Assembly: GCF_963921235.1 (NCBI RefSeq)
Contig: NC_086097.1
Span: 141,298,001 to 141,362,000 of the forward strand
Length of the DNA: 64,000 nucleotides
Source: Mobula hypostoma
Lineage: Eukaryota
Direction of reading: 5' to 3'
The first letter of the stretch is position 1. Every line of letters begins with the position of its first letter. The translations under genes were made by a program, and so were the position numbers. Below are positions 47,327 through 61,145 of the stretch, piece after piece. The notes below the pieces were generated by a model. The model was not told the DNA's origin. It saw nothing but the letters and a program-made list of their open reading frames with translations, and searched no databases.

Positions 47327-50300
47327 TCACAGCTGCTCACTGCTGGTTTTCCCTACCCACTGCCTGTGGCTCTCTGCTCCAGGTCCAACCTCTCAGTGGA
47401 TTTCATCACTGGTCTGTGTCCGTCAGATGGAAACACTATCATCCTGGTGGTTGTGGACCAGTTCTCTAAAGCAGCCCACTTCATTGCTCTCCCCAAGCTC
47501 CCATCAGCTCAGGAAACTGCCACTTTCTTGGTTCAATTTGTGTTCATGCTGCACAGCTTCCCCCGGGACAGCAGGCCTGACTGAGGAGCACATTGTTGGA
47601 ATGCTTTCTGTTCTCCTTTGGGAGTCACAGCCACCCTCTCATCACTATTCTACCTGCAATCTAATGGCCATACTGAGAGTGAATGAGGAGCTGGAGACAA
47701 TCTTGACTCCATGACGTGGAGCTCCCAACTCAGAGATTGCCCATAATGAGCTGGACTAGCATGCCCTCCATTCAATGGCAAAATGGATTCCAGCACTGAT
47801 CTTCCCAGACCGTGATTGACATGGGAGTTCCTGCTGTTGAACAGTTGGTACAAAGCTGCAAGCACACATGGAGATGGGCCAGGGCTTCCCGGCTGCATAC
47901 TCAGAAACAATATGCCCAGCAGGATAATCAGCTCCTCTGAGAGGTGAGGCTTCTCAATCCAGGGAGAAAGCCTGGCTGGTATCTAGGGATCTTCCTTTGA
48001 AAGCTGGGAGCCTCAAGGTTGCCCCAGGCTACCTGGGATTATTCACAGTGGGGAAGGATATCAAGCGATCTTCCTAGAGCCTGTGACTGCAATTATCTGT
48101 TAAGATTTACCTCGTATTCCATGCTTGCAGCTCACACTGGTGACTTCTCCCCACCTTGCTCCAGTTAGACCCTCTCCCTCACTCATCTTGGTGGATGGGT
48201 CACTGTTCTATTCCCAGCAGCACCTCCTGGCATCTCGCCCAGTGTGGGGCAGGGTCCTGCGTCTAGTGGACTGGGAGAGATAGGGCCCAGAGAATCTTTC
48301 TTGGGATCCAATTCGTGATATCCTGGACAAGTCACTCATCCAGGACATCCAGCGGGCACAGGACTGTCGTGCCCCAGGATCTGTGCCTAGTGGTGGGGTG
48401 GGATTGCGGGCGTGGTGAAGGTGCTGATCTGTAAAAACCATGGACTCAGCTGTGGAGTGGGCAGCTGAAAGCGGTCATCAGCAATCACGCTCGTGAGAAT
48501 GCACATTGCAGACAATTAGGGTTGCGTTGTAATTTTATTTAACTCCCTTCAGTCTTGTCGAGTCTTGACTGAAGCACAATGACGGCGACACTCCCCCGAT
48601 TACCTTAGCCAACTTTCCATGATAGAAGACTCCAACTTAGATTGACGCCTTAAAGGAGTGGTATAACTTATTATTAAGTTACTGCTTCTGAAGCTCAGTG
48701 TCAGCGTTAGATTTTTAGTTTGAATTTTAGTTTGTAGATCTATTGGCTTCACATTTATTATTTTCCTTTTATTTTGTATAGTTCCTTTAAATTAAAGTTT
48801 ACCCAGGGGTCAGTGTTGGGACCTCTGTTATTAATTATTATGTAAATGATTTGGATGTGAATTTACACAGCACGGTTCACTATACTGTACTCTCAATCTT
48901 GGTATCATCCGCAAATTTGCTGATCCAGTTTAATATCTTGTCATTGAAATCATTACTATAAGTGACCAACAACAAAGGATCAAGCACCGAATCCTGTAGC
49001 ACAGCACTAGTCACAGGCCTCCAGGCAGAGAGTCAAACACTAACCACCATTCTCTCGCTTCTTCCGCTAAGCCAACATTGAATCTAACTGACTACTTCAT
49101 CCTGAATGCCAGGCGACTTAATCTTCTTGACGAGACTGCTATGGCGTAATTTATCAAAGGCTCTTCTAAAGACCATTGTGTTCCCTTGTCAAATGCAGCA
49201 GAAGAAAGAAGCAATTGGATTTGGATTAAAAGGAAAGACAACAACTGGGCTGCAAGATGAAGATAGGAGGATATGGAACTGAGGGGGGTGTATCTGGGAT
49301 GCCAGGTAGCACTGTTGAGCCCTCTGGAGACGTTGTGAGCTTATCAACGAAACGTCAAAGATGGCATACTTACCCCCCCCATCACCACTCCAAACCCACC
49401 GCCAACATCAAGAGTACCAATTTACCATACGGATTGAAACATCAAGTCCTAGTAGCTCTGCTACTTCAACAAACTTCTCGGTAACCTCCCTGAAAAAATC
49501 TCTATAAATTAGTTAGACATGACTTACCATGCATTAAGCCATATTGTTTATCTCTTTTCAGGCCCTGTCTATACAAACACAGGTACATGTACATCCTATC
49601 CATGAGAAAAACTTCTGATAATTTGCGCACGACTAATGTCAGGTTCACCAGGCTCTAATTTCCTGTTTATTCTTAGAACGATTCTTAAATGTTAGTGACC
49701 CTCCAATCTTCCAGTACCTCACCCATGGGTATGGATGTTTTAAATATTACTGCCAGGGCCCCTGCAATTTCTGCACTAGCCTCCCACAAGTTTGGAGAGG
49801 ACACCTCATCAGGCCTTTGGGATTAATTCACCCTAAATTCTTCTCAAGACAGCAAGCACTTCCTCTTCTGTAATCAGAACATGGTCCATGATCTCTAGTG
49901 TTTTGCCAGATTCTATGGTATCTGTGTCTGTCTCCTGAGCAAATGCTAACACAAAAATAAAACATTTAATATTTTTCCACATCTCTTTTAGTTCCATACA
50001 TATATGACCAATTTGATCTTCGAGGGGACCAATTTTGTCCCTTGCTATCCTCTTGCTCCGAGTACCTATAGAACCCTTGGATTCTGGTTTACATTGCCTG
50101 CTAGAGCAACCACTAATCCCCTTTCAGCCTTCCTGATCTTTCACTTGTGTTCTTTTGTATGTCTTATATTCTTCAATTGCCCCATTTAACACTAGCTTCG
50201 AATACCTGATATGTGCTTCCGTTTTGTTTACCAGGTCCTCAATATCCCATGATAGATAAGGATCCCTAAACCTGACAACCTTGCTTTTTATCCTAATAGA

Positions 50301-51955
50301 AATATACATATTGTGTACTCTCAATACACAATTCTGCTGAAGACCACCCACTGCCAGTGTCTCTTTGTTAGAAAACATCCTATCCCAATCCACACCTGGC
50401 AGATTGCTTCTGATGCCATCAAAATTACTCTTCCTCCAGTTTAGAATCTTAATCTGAAAACCAATTCTATCCAATCTCCCTAATTATTTTGAAGTCGATG
50501 GAATTTTGATCACTATATCCAAAGTCTTTCCCTATGTTCACCTCTGTCACCTGCCCTGTCTCATTTCCGGAGAAGAGATCCAATATTGTGCTCCCTTTAG
50601 TGGAAATTCTGCTTATAAAGCGGGAGGAAAAGATGGCAGCGCGCCGCGCATGCGCGGCTCTCCGGTGAAAAATGATGTCGTGAATGTTAAATAGGGGCGT
50701 GGACAATTCTGATTTGATAGAGAATGCACGTGAAAGCACGGAGGAACATCTGGAGAAATTTCTGAAACGCCCGTCCGCTGCTGTCGTTACTGCGTGGTCG
50801 GGAATCTTTCCGGGGGTAGGCCTCAAAATCCCCTGCCTTGCCTGCTTTTGGCGACCAAGAAGGAGGTCGAATCGTTCGGACAGAGATGGCGCTCAGTACT
50901 CGGTGTCGGAGAGCTGATCAGAGCTCGAAGTTTTCGGATGACTCATGGTCGGATTGTGGTCGGCATGGCAGGGAGAGTTTTTCTTCCTTCTCTCGTCTGC
51001 GTGAGATGTGGGACATTTGAGAAACTTGGAGCTTTGCTGGACTCACGGACTTCTTCATCAAGTTATGGTATTGTTACACTGTTTGTAACTATATGTATAA
51101 CTATGTGGTTTTGTCAGTTTTTTCAGTCTTGGGTTGTCCCGTGTTTTGTGATATCACACCAGAGGAAATAATGTATCATTTCTGAATGCATACATTACTA
51201 AATGACAATAAAATGGGACTAGGTGTCTTCATAATCTTATTGATAATGAAACTTTCCTGAACACATTTGACAAACTCTATCTCATCCAGTTCCTTTACAC
51301 TATGGGAGTCCCAATCAATATGCAGAAAGCTACAATCACCCACTATTTCAACCTGAACACTAGAGATTTTGCAGATGCTGGAAATCCAGAGTAACACATA
51401 AAAAAACTTGGAGGAACTCATGAGGTAAGAAAAGAAATAAAGCATCAATTCTTCAGGCCAAGACCCTTGATCAAGACCCTTCATGAATCCTGAGGAAGGG
51501 TCTCAGCCAAAAACATTGACTGTTTATTCCTTTTGCAGTTGCTGCCTCCCCTGCTGAGTTACTCTTGCATCTTGTATGTGTTACTGTAACAACCTTGTAT
51601 TTCTTGCAACTGTTTGCTATCTCCCTATGACTTTGTTCATCCAAATCCTGCTTGACTATTAGAAACTCTATAAAGTCCCATTAACATGATCATCCATTTT
51701 TTATTCCACAGATTCATGAAAATTGCCTTGGCAGATGAGCCTTCCGTACATCATCTAAGCATTGGTCTGACGTTATCTCTGATGAGTAATATGAGTACTC
51801 CCTCCCCCTTTAATACCTGCTTCTCTGACATGTCTAAATCAGCAGAATGCCAGAACATTGAGCTGTCAGACTTCGCCGTCATGTAACCATGTCTCAATAA
51901 TGGTTTCAACATCGTAAGTCCACACATGGCTCCATGCTCTATGTGCATTAGCCTT

Positions 51956-52511
51956 GGGGTGTATGGGGTGACAGGGATGGGTAGCCCCTCTGGTGGGGGA
52001 ACATATCGCGTCCTTTTCAAGGCAGTTAGTCCACCTTTGATCCCCACCTAGCACTCAACTCTCACCTGTGGCTCCCCATAGCTGTCTGCACGCGACAACG
52101 GCCACACCCCGGGCAACGACTTCGACAAGCCAGCTAAACCAGGTGAGGGTATCCGACGGGTCTCAAACCCTCAGTGAGATAAAAGAGTTGCCTATCCCAG
52201 CATGTGAAGACAGACTCCGGCTGATTGAGCGGACGAGACCAATAGTCCAATGGTGAGGAAGGCGGTCTCTGCAAGCGTCGTGGAACGTGTAGAGCAGGAC
52301 AAGACACAGAAGACGTCCTGGTCATCCACTGTGCCTAGTCCCATCTCCAGTCGTCTTGACTCTGTCTTGCCACTGGATCCAGATGGGAATTGGGAAGAGG
52401 GAGTGAGGCTGACGCTGCACAATTCCCCCTCACTTAAATCCAAACCACGTGCTAGTCTCGACACCATAATAATGGTGTCGAGGTCCTCAATGACATCGAC
52501 GATGGATGAAC
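51956..52511 (+). mobile_element. Duplicate of the 556-bp ribozyme-headed retroelement (ribozyme 51956-52150)
   Basis: Same TSD and fold, offset 23329 nt. Confidence 0.85.
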
Positions 52512-55500
52512 GCATTAGCCTTACCTACAACCGTCCTTGTCTTGCAATAGATGAAAGTCAGAACATTTATCCACCCTGCTCAATTTTGCAGTTTCCATCT
52601 CTGCTTAAAAACGAGAAACGCCGCAAGTGCTGGAAATCCAAATCAACATCTACAAAATCTTTGATTGTAGTCATGACATCTCTTTTTCTCCACAACCACT
52701 TCATTGCTGTCCTGCCACTCTGGATACCATCCCTCTTAAATATTAGTTTGAACACTTCCGAGCAGGATTAGCAAACCTTCCTGTAAGGATATTGGTTCCT
52801 CACCAGTTTGGGTGAAAACTGTCCTATTTGCAGAGATCCCACCTGCCCTGGAATGGTGTTCAGTGATCCAAAAAATCTGAAACCCTCTCCAATGCACCAT
52901 CTGCTTAGTCACATATTAAACTGCACTATCTTTCTTATTTTTTACCTCACTAGCATGGATAGCTTCATCTCCATCTTGGAGGTCCTATTTTTCAACTTTG
53001 TACCTTATTCCCTGAACTCATTTTGCAAGTCCTCGTCACTTTTCCTGCTTATATCATTTGTATCAATATATACCATGACTTATGGCTTCTCACACTCTCA
53101 CTTAAGATGGCTATGGAATCAATTCAAGATATGTCTGATCCTCTATACCTGGGAGGCAATATACCATCCAAGAGTCTTTTTCTTTTCTCAGGTCCTCCTG
53201 TCCGTTTCACTGACCAGTGCTAACCAATGACCTCCATCACTACTACTGGCCTCTTCTTCCTCCCCCACTCACCTTCCTTTCTGAACCAAAGAGACATACT
53301 GAGTGCCGAGACCACTGACCACTGTGGTAGGTCATCTCCCTAAAACTAGATAAAATGATACACTTGTTGAGGGGAATTCCCACAGGGGTATACTACACTG
53401 TCTGCCAATACACCTTCCCTCTCTTCATGATCACCCAACTACCTGTTTCCAGCAACACTATCTCTCTGTAACTCCTATGAGCCCCTCAATTTTCTGAATG
53501 ATCTGAAGGTCATCTACCACCAGCTCCAATTCCCTAGTACAGTTTGTAAATGTGGATGCACTTATCGCAGGTACAGACATCTCCCTAACTTCCATGTCAT
53601 GCAAGAGAAGCACATCACTGCTCTAGCTTCTATTCCCACTGGTCTCTCTGTATAACAATAAAGAAAGAAATTAGAAGAACTTAAACTCGTAGAAGTTTAT
53701 AAAATCATGAGGGGTATAGAGGTCATAGCCTGTTCCCCAGGATTGGAGAGGCAAAAACTAGAGGACACTGATACAAGATAATAGAGAAGAGATTTAAAAG
53801 AGAACTAAAAGATAATTTCTTTATGTAAAGGATAGTGAGCTGCCTGAGGAAGTGGTTGAGATGCTGCATTTGTAATATTTAAGATTTATTTGCATAGGTA
53901 AACGGAAGGAAAGGGCTTGAAGGACTGTGACTCAAATGCAGCAGCTGGAATTAGCAGGGAGGATGCTGTGGTCAGCATGGACCATTTGGGCCGAAAGACC
54001 TATATCCAGGCTATGTTGCTCTATGATTTTATGAAATACAAACAGAAAACGCTTAAAATATTCATATAGACAGATGGAATCTGTGTAAAGAGAAACAGAG
54101 TTAACGGTGGTCAAAGATAGCATAAAAGCAAAATAGAGGGCAAGAAGTCTGCAAAAGGACTCGGACAAATTAGGAGAATGGACAAAAAAGTGGCAGATGG
54201 AACACAGTGTAAGGAAGTGTATGGCCATGCACTTTCGTAGAAGGAATGAAGGCACAGAATATGCTCTAAAGAGAGGGAGAAAGCAGAAACCAAATGTGCA
54301 AGAAGACTTGAGAGTTCTGGTGCAGGATTTCCGAAAGGCTAACTTGCTGTTTGAGTTAGTAGTGGAGAAGACAAATGCAATGACCACAATCATTTCAAGG
54401 GGTCTAGAATATATTCAGAATAGAATGGGAATCAGGTTTAATATCACTGTCATAGGTTGTGGAACTTGTTATTTAGCAGCTGCAGTACAGTGCAATATAT
54501 AATAAAAACTATAAATTGCAATAAGATATATGTTAAATTAAATATGTAGAGAAAAAGAGAGCAAAGCAAGAAAAAATCAGTGAGGTAGTACATGTGGATT
54601 CATTGTCCATTCAGAAATCTAATAAATAAATCGTTGTACTGTTGAGTCTTTATAAGAGATCGGTAGACTATATATGGAGTATTGTGATTAATTTTGGCTC
54701 CATATCCGAGAAAGAATGTCCTGGCATTAGAGAGGGTCCAGAGGAGGTTTAAGTGAATGGTTCCAGGAATGAAAGGGTTATCACATAAGGAACATTTGGT
54801 GGTACCAGGCCTGTTCTCGCTGGAGCCGAGAAGACTACGGGATATCTCTTTGAAACCTACTGAATATGTAAAGGCCTGGACGATGAGAGGATTTTCCAGT
54901 AGTGGGGGAGTCCAGGACCAAAGGGCACAGACACATAATAGAACATCATTTCAGAACAGAGACAAGGAGGAATCTCTGAGAATCTGTGAAATTCATTGCC
55001 ACAAACGGCCATGGAGGCCAAGTTATTGGGTTTATTGAAGCCGGGGCTGATAGGTATTTGATTAGTCACATTGTCAAAGGGTATTGGGGAAGACGAAAAA
55101 TGGGGCTGAAAAGGGAAAAGGAAACAGATATGATTAAATGGCCGAGCTGACTCGATGGATCGAATGGCCTAATCCTGCTCCTGTGTTTTATCGTCTTACG
55201 GCTGGGAGAGCGATTGCAGTCGGAGCATGTACACAGGAAGTTTCTGAATCGATTAACCTAACCTGTCCTAAAGGAGTTATCGGAAGGAGAAATTGTTAAC
55301 GAATGAGTTGATTTAAAGAGAAGGTTTGCGGGAGGTTTACAACTAGGACTTGGTGAGTTATGGCACTTGGACGTTTACAGCTACAGGAAAGAGAATCCTG
55401 GGCATTCGATAAAGGACGTACACTGCCCAGGCACCGCGGTAGCGCAGCGATTAGCGCGACGCTATTACAGCTTCCGGTTGTAAATTGTTCCGTGATTGGG

Positions 55501-56848
55501 TTAGGGTTAATACCGTTTGTCGGGGGTGATTGGGCCTACTTCGTGCTGTATCACTAAATAAACAAATTAGATATCGTCCTTTCAAATTTCACAGCGGAAG
55601 CCAATGTAAGTTAATATTTACTGACAGGTTCTGCCCAGCTGGAATAATTAAAACCACGTTAATAGGGAAAGATGAACAGAATCAAGATATGGTGCAGATG
55701 GCATTCGGTTCATCAAACATCCCACCCAACGGAACGTACACGGAATGCGGTCGCCGCGACGGGGCGGCTGCGAGACAGGTCCAGGGTCGGCACTTTAGGA
55801 CCGCGTGTGGGGAGGATATCGCTCTCCTTGCTCTGTCACAGACTCCGGAGACAAAAGATTAGACAAAGTGAAGGCCAAGGTGAGAAACCGGGGGTGTCTG
55901 TGAGAATTATCTCCATGTACTCCTGACGTGTGAAGTCGCCGGGCAAAACCTCAACCCACCTCCCCCGTCCGCCGCTCTGAAACCACTTGCTCCAACTGTG
56001 GTGTTCGGCGGGAAATTTCGGGAATGTCACAAAACATCGACAAAGGGAGGATAAATATTTTAAATATGTTGACGTGTAACTGAAAAGGCAACTGGCAGGA
56101 GGTGACTAATTTGGGGAAAGTTTTGGTACGGAACGCTACCGGATCGGTTAGTGTAATGCTATTATAGAGACAGCGACCCAGGTTAAATTCCGTCGTTGTC
56201 CTGAAAGGAATTTGTACGTTCTTCCCGTGACCGCGTGGGTTTCGTCCGGCTGCTCCGGTTTCCTCCCACTTTCAAAAGACGTAAGGATTAGTAGCCGCCC
56301 AAAGCAACCTACACAAAATGCTGGAGGAACTCAGTAGACCAAGCAGCATTTATGGAAAAGAGTAAATAGTCGACGTTTCGGGCCGAAACCCTTTATCAGG
56401 ACTCAGATGAACATAATCACAGCCATGGTGTTGATGGCATTCACTTCATCAAACATCCCACCCAAAGGAAGGGGAGAGGTCAGCGTGAGAAGTCCTTCAG
56501 CATCTGAAAATTTCTCCCGTTTGTGGGTTAGCAGGTTAATTGATCACCTTGATGGAATTGGATGGCCCAAACTTTTGGCCTCGAAAGGCCTGTTATCGTG
56601 ACGGATTTCTTCATGTTAAGCGAGAACAAGTTCGAACAGAAAAAAAAATTGTCTAGTGAACTGCTGTGCAATTCTAACAAAATCTCAATTTATGCAAAGG
56701 AAATAATGGTGTGTGGTTTTCAAATAGGGTTCGAAGGCGTGGTCTGTGACACGTTGAGAGAAAGTGGGACGTGAAGCGTGCTGTTATTTATAACTAACCA
56801 GACCACGTCCAAATCCGTGTCAAATACAGTCAGAACTCGACAAACACC

Positions 56849-57272
56849 ATGCGGCTGGGTTGTGTGGCTTTTGTGATACTTTTCCTCCGTTAGTTGATTG
56901 ATTTTCATCCGTTTACTCTCTATTTGCTTCAGGCTTTTCAACATGTTCTGAGTTTGATTTTTCTTTCCACAGGCAGATGTCTCGGTGCTGAATTGATACA
57001 GTCTCCGATGTCCATCACCAAAAACGTGGGCAAAACTGCCGTCATGATCTGCGATCTGGGCACAGCGAACACGGACATAATCCACTGGTACCGGCAGCCA
57101 GATGGGCAACGCCCGGTCAGGATCCTCTATTACAGTAATGGGGTCAACATACGCGACGATGGAATTGATGACAGATTTACAGCGAGAAAAGATCGACAAA
57201 AGCAGTATTCTCTAACTGTGGCCCGTCTCGAGAAAGAGGATTCCGGCACCTATTACTGTGCCTATATAGACC
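56849..57272 (+). CDS. TRGV: TCR gamma-type V segment V5: exons 56849-56888 and 56973-57272
   Basis: Same translation as V3, offset 23329 nt. Confidence 0.87.
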
Positions 57273-57311
57273 CACAAAGTTAAAATTTAACCGGCGCCGC
57301 TGACAAAAACT
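57273..57311 (+). other. 23-RSS of V5 (variant heptamer)
   Basis: CACAAAG + 23 nt + ACAAAAACT. Confidence 0.93.
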
Positions 57312-57829
57312 CTTCCTCAGCGTAGAGGTCACACGAATCATTTCCAACTCAGCGAATTGGCAGCTTATGCCATAAATGCCATCACCTTTCTTCGGATAAA
57401 GAACTCTATCCAATTCCACGAAAGTTACCCGATCAGTCTCATCGACAGTCTACTCATTTACACCTTTCGCTGGAGAATCAGGAGTTGGGAAAATATTTCT
57501 CGAGGGTAGGAGAGCCCAAACTACAGGAGATAGCTTTAAAGTGAGCGGGGAAAAATCTATAAGAGACCTGTCTGGTCGGTTCTTCAAGGAAAGGGTGGTG
57601 GGTACAGGCAACAAGCTGCCAGAGGAAGAGTTAGTGGCAGGAACCATCAAAAGAATTAAAGACATTTGAACATCTACATGGATATGAAAGGTTCAGAAAA
57701 ATACAGGTTAAATGCAGGTAAACGGGACTGGTTTACGACGGTAACTTGCTTGGTAAGGACAAGTTAGGCTCAAGGGCTTGATTCTGTGCTGTAGAGCTCA
57801 ATGGTTCTTAAAATTGTTTCAAATCTCTA

Positions 57830-59750
57830 CTGGAATCTCCTGTTCCTGAACCTGGTTGTGTAGCTCCTGTCCGTACTTCCTGATGGGAGCAGAGAGAGGA
57901 GAGCATGATCTGCAATGTGGAGGAGGAGGGGTGTCTCTGATGACGAATGTTGCATTCCTATGACAACGCTTCTTGTAGATGCTGTCAGTGGTGGGGTTGC
58001 TTTATGCGTGATGGACTGAGCCATATCCAGTAGCTTTTGAAGGCTTTCCATTCAAGGGCATTGATGCTTCCATACTATGCTGTGATGCAGCCAGTCAATT
58101 CATTATTCATCACGCATTATAGAAATTTGTCAAAGTTTTAGATATCATACCAAATCTTCACAAACTCCGAAGGAATTAGAAGCACTGCATTTTTTCTTTG
58201 TAATAGATCTTACGTGCTGTGCCCAAGACAGGTCCTCCGAAATGATAGCACCAAGAAATTTAAAGTTGCTGACCCTCTCCACTTCTAACCTCCAGCAAGA
58301 ATTCGCTCATGGACTCCTGATTTCCTCCTCCTGAAGTCAATAGCCATCTCCTTGGTCTTTCTGTGACTGAGATAGAGATTGTTAGACTCAGTCAGATTTT
58401 CAATCTCCCTGCTATATGCTAATTCATCATCACCTTTGATTTGACGTACGACAGTGGTGTCATCAGAAACATTGAATATGGCATTGGAGATGTGCTTCGC
58501 CACACAATCATGTGTAAAGTGAGTAGAGCCGTGAAATAAGCACACAGCCTTGTGGTGCACCTGTGCTGATGGAGATTGTGGGGAATATGTTGTTGCCAAT
58601 CTGAACTGACTGGGATCTGCAAGTGAAGAAATCGAGGATCTCGTTGCACAAGGAGGTATTGAAGCCAGGTTCTTGAAACTTATTATTAATGAGTTCTAGG
58701 GGGGTGATGGCGTTGAATGCCTGTAGCTTGGCATTCACAGCAAAGAGCATCCTGATATATGCATCTTTGCTGTGCAGATGGTCCACAGTTGAGTAACGAA
58801 CCAATGAGATGACATCTGCTATGGACCTGTTGCGCCGCTGGGAAAATTGGAGTAGACCCAATTCGCTTCTTAGGAGGAGTTGATATGTTAAAATGTCCTG
58901 TAAATGTTTACATATCATGGTAAAAACTCATTTCTTAAAACATTTCCTCACTGTGGATGTAAGTGATACCGGACTTTAGTCATTGAGGCAGGTCACCATG
59001 TTCCTCTGAGGCACCAAATTTCAGAGAAGTCTGATTGAAGCAGATGGGTACATCAGCCAAAGACACAGGTTAAAGATCAGTGAACAGTCCAGCCAGTTGA
59101 TTAGCACTGGTCTTTAGTACTTGGCCAGGTATCATGTCTGGGCTGGATGATTTTCATGGATTCATCCTCCTAAAGGCTGCTCACACATCAGCTTCAGAGA
59201 CTAAAATCACTCGATTGTCTGGCACTGTGAGTGTTTGTGATGGTTCCTCCATGTTTTGACGGTCAAAGCAAGCACAGAAGGCATTGCGTTCATCTGGAAG
59301 TGAGTCCTGTTGTCACTTATGTCATTTGATTTTACTTTATAATAGGTGATAGCATTCAAGCCCTGCCACAACTGTTGAGTATTATTCGTTGATTCAGGTT
59401 TAGTCTGGCATTGCAACTTTGCCCGTGACGTGGCTTTCCAGAGAATGTACCAGGACCTCTTGTAACTTTCTTGGTCACCAGACTTGAATGCCTCTGATAT
59501 GGCCCTCAGCAAATTGCTAATTTTGTGATTTGTACAAGGCATCTGGCGGGGGAAGACTCTGAATGATTTTGTGGGAGACACTCGTCTACAACTGTTTTTC
59601 TGAAGTCCATGATGTAGGTGTACATTGAACCTACATGGTGTAGGTGTATTTATTCAGATCCATAGATGAGTCCTTGAAAATGGCCCAGTACACTCGAAGC
59701 AATCCCTTATAGCAATAGTTGCTCATCTACCTCCCTCGTCCACCTCTTTG
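57830..59750 (-). mobile_element. Rex1/Babar-like LINE, longest copy, with degenerate RT core
   Basis: ORFs 58508-58918 and 58285-58599: TISISTGAPQGCVL...YSLYT, DCVAK..SNAIF..SDDTTVV, KTKEM.IDFRR. Confidence 0.82.
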
Positions 59751-60299
59751 TTGATATCACAGAGCAGCTGCAGGAGAGGGAGGGTGAGCAGATAAAGGCC
59801 AAGGTGTACATTGACACCAATGATATAGGTAGAAACAGGGAAAAGATTTTGCACTGTGAGTATAGGGAGTAAGGGAAGAGGCTGGAGAGCTTGTGTAATC
59901 TCTGGAGGTTATATCCAACTGCTTGATTTATCTCCTTCATAGCCTGTTATGTCTGATATTGGCTTTCAGTGAATAATGTGCAAAGGCACATCGGGCCCTC
60001 TGAACGTACACACCTTGCAAACTACCATCATTTGAAAGAAAGCTACTATTAAACGGGATAGGATGACATCATATTTTCTACAGTTGATCCCCCTCAGCAA
60101 CAAGTATTCCTTTGGATACTACATTGGGGTGTGGGGGAGAATCACCTATCAGTGCACAGGAGCAGCAGCCAGGCCAGTGGCAGTATAGCAGGCTCTGAAA
60201 CTCAGCAAGGAAGGGTAAATTCAGGTAGAGTGATAGTGATAGGAGACTCAATAATTAGGGGTCCAACAGGAGATTTGGGGAAAAATCAAAATGGGTAAT

Positions 60300-61140
60300 A
60301 AATACAGGACTGGAAGTGTTATAGTTGAATGCACATCATATATGGAATAAGGTAGATGATCTTGCAGCACAGTTGGAGATTGGCAAGTGTAATGTGGGCA
60401 TCACTCTATCGTGGCTGAAAGATCATAGTTGGGAGTTTAGCATCCAAGAATGTATATTGCATCAAAAGGAGAGACAGGTAGGCAGAGAGGTTGGGGTGGC
60501 TCTGTTGAAAAAAAATGATAGAATTTTTTGATAGGAAGAGATGACATAGGATTGGAAGATGTAGACACCTTCTGGGTAGAGTTAAGAAACTGCAAAGGTA
60601 AAAAGACCCTGATGGGAGTTATATACAGGCCTCTGAACCGTAGCCAGGATGTGGGATACAAATTACAACGGGAGATAGAAAGGCACGGGGTAAGGGCAAT
60701 GTTTTGATAGTCACGGGGGGGGTTTCAATACATGGGTAGGCTGTAAAATCAGGTTGGAGCTGAATCCTAAGAGATTGAGTTTTAGATGCCCACAAGATAG
60801 CTTTTTAGAGCAGCTTGTGGTTGAGTCCACAAGGAGGAAAGGCAATTCTATACTGGGTGTTGTATGATGAACCTGATATGATTAGAGTGCTCAAAGTAAA
60901 GAAGTCCTTTCGAGTCAGTGATCATAATATGATAGAATCCACCCTGCAGTTTGAGAGGGAAAAAATAAAGTCAGATATGTCAGTGTTACAGTGGAGTGAA
61001 GGTAATTGCAGAGGCATGAGAGAGGAGCTGGCAAAAGTTGATTAGGAGGAGACACCAGCGGGGATGATGGCAGAGCAGCAATGGCTGGGCAGTTCAGGAG
61101 GTTCAGGACAGATGCCTCCCAAAGAGGAAATATTCTAAAG
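60300..61140 (+). mobile_element. CR1 endonuclease-region relic
   Basis: LNAHHIWNKVDDL...GITLSWL, GVIYRP and SDHNMIE motifs. Confidence 0.75.
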
Positions 61141-61145
61141 GGCAA

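Larger units (their letters stand above)
34031..57436 (+). repeat. Segmental tandem duplication, copy 2
   Basis: Identity to copy 1 starts after mismatch 10701/34030 and ends at mismatch 34108/57437. Confidence 0.97.
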
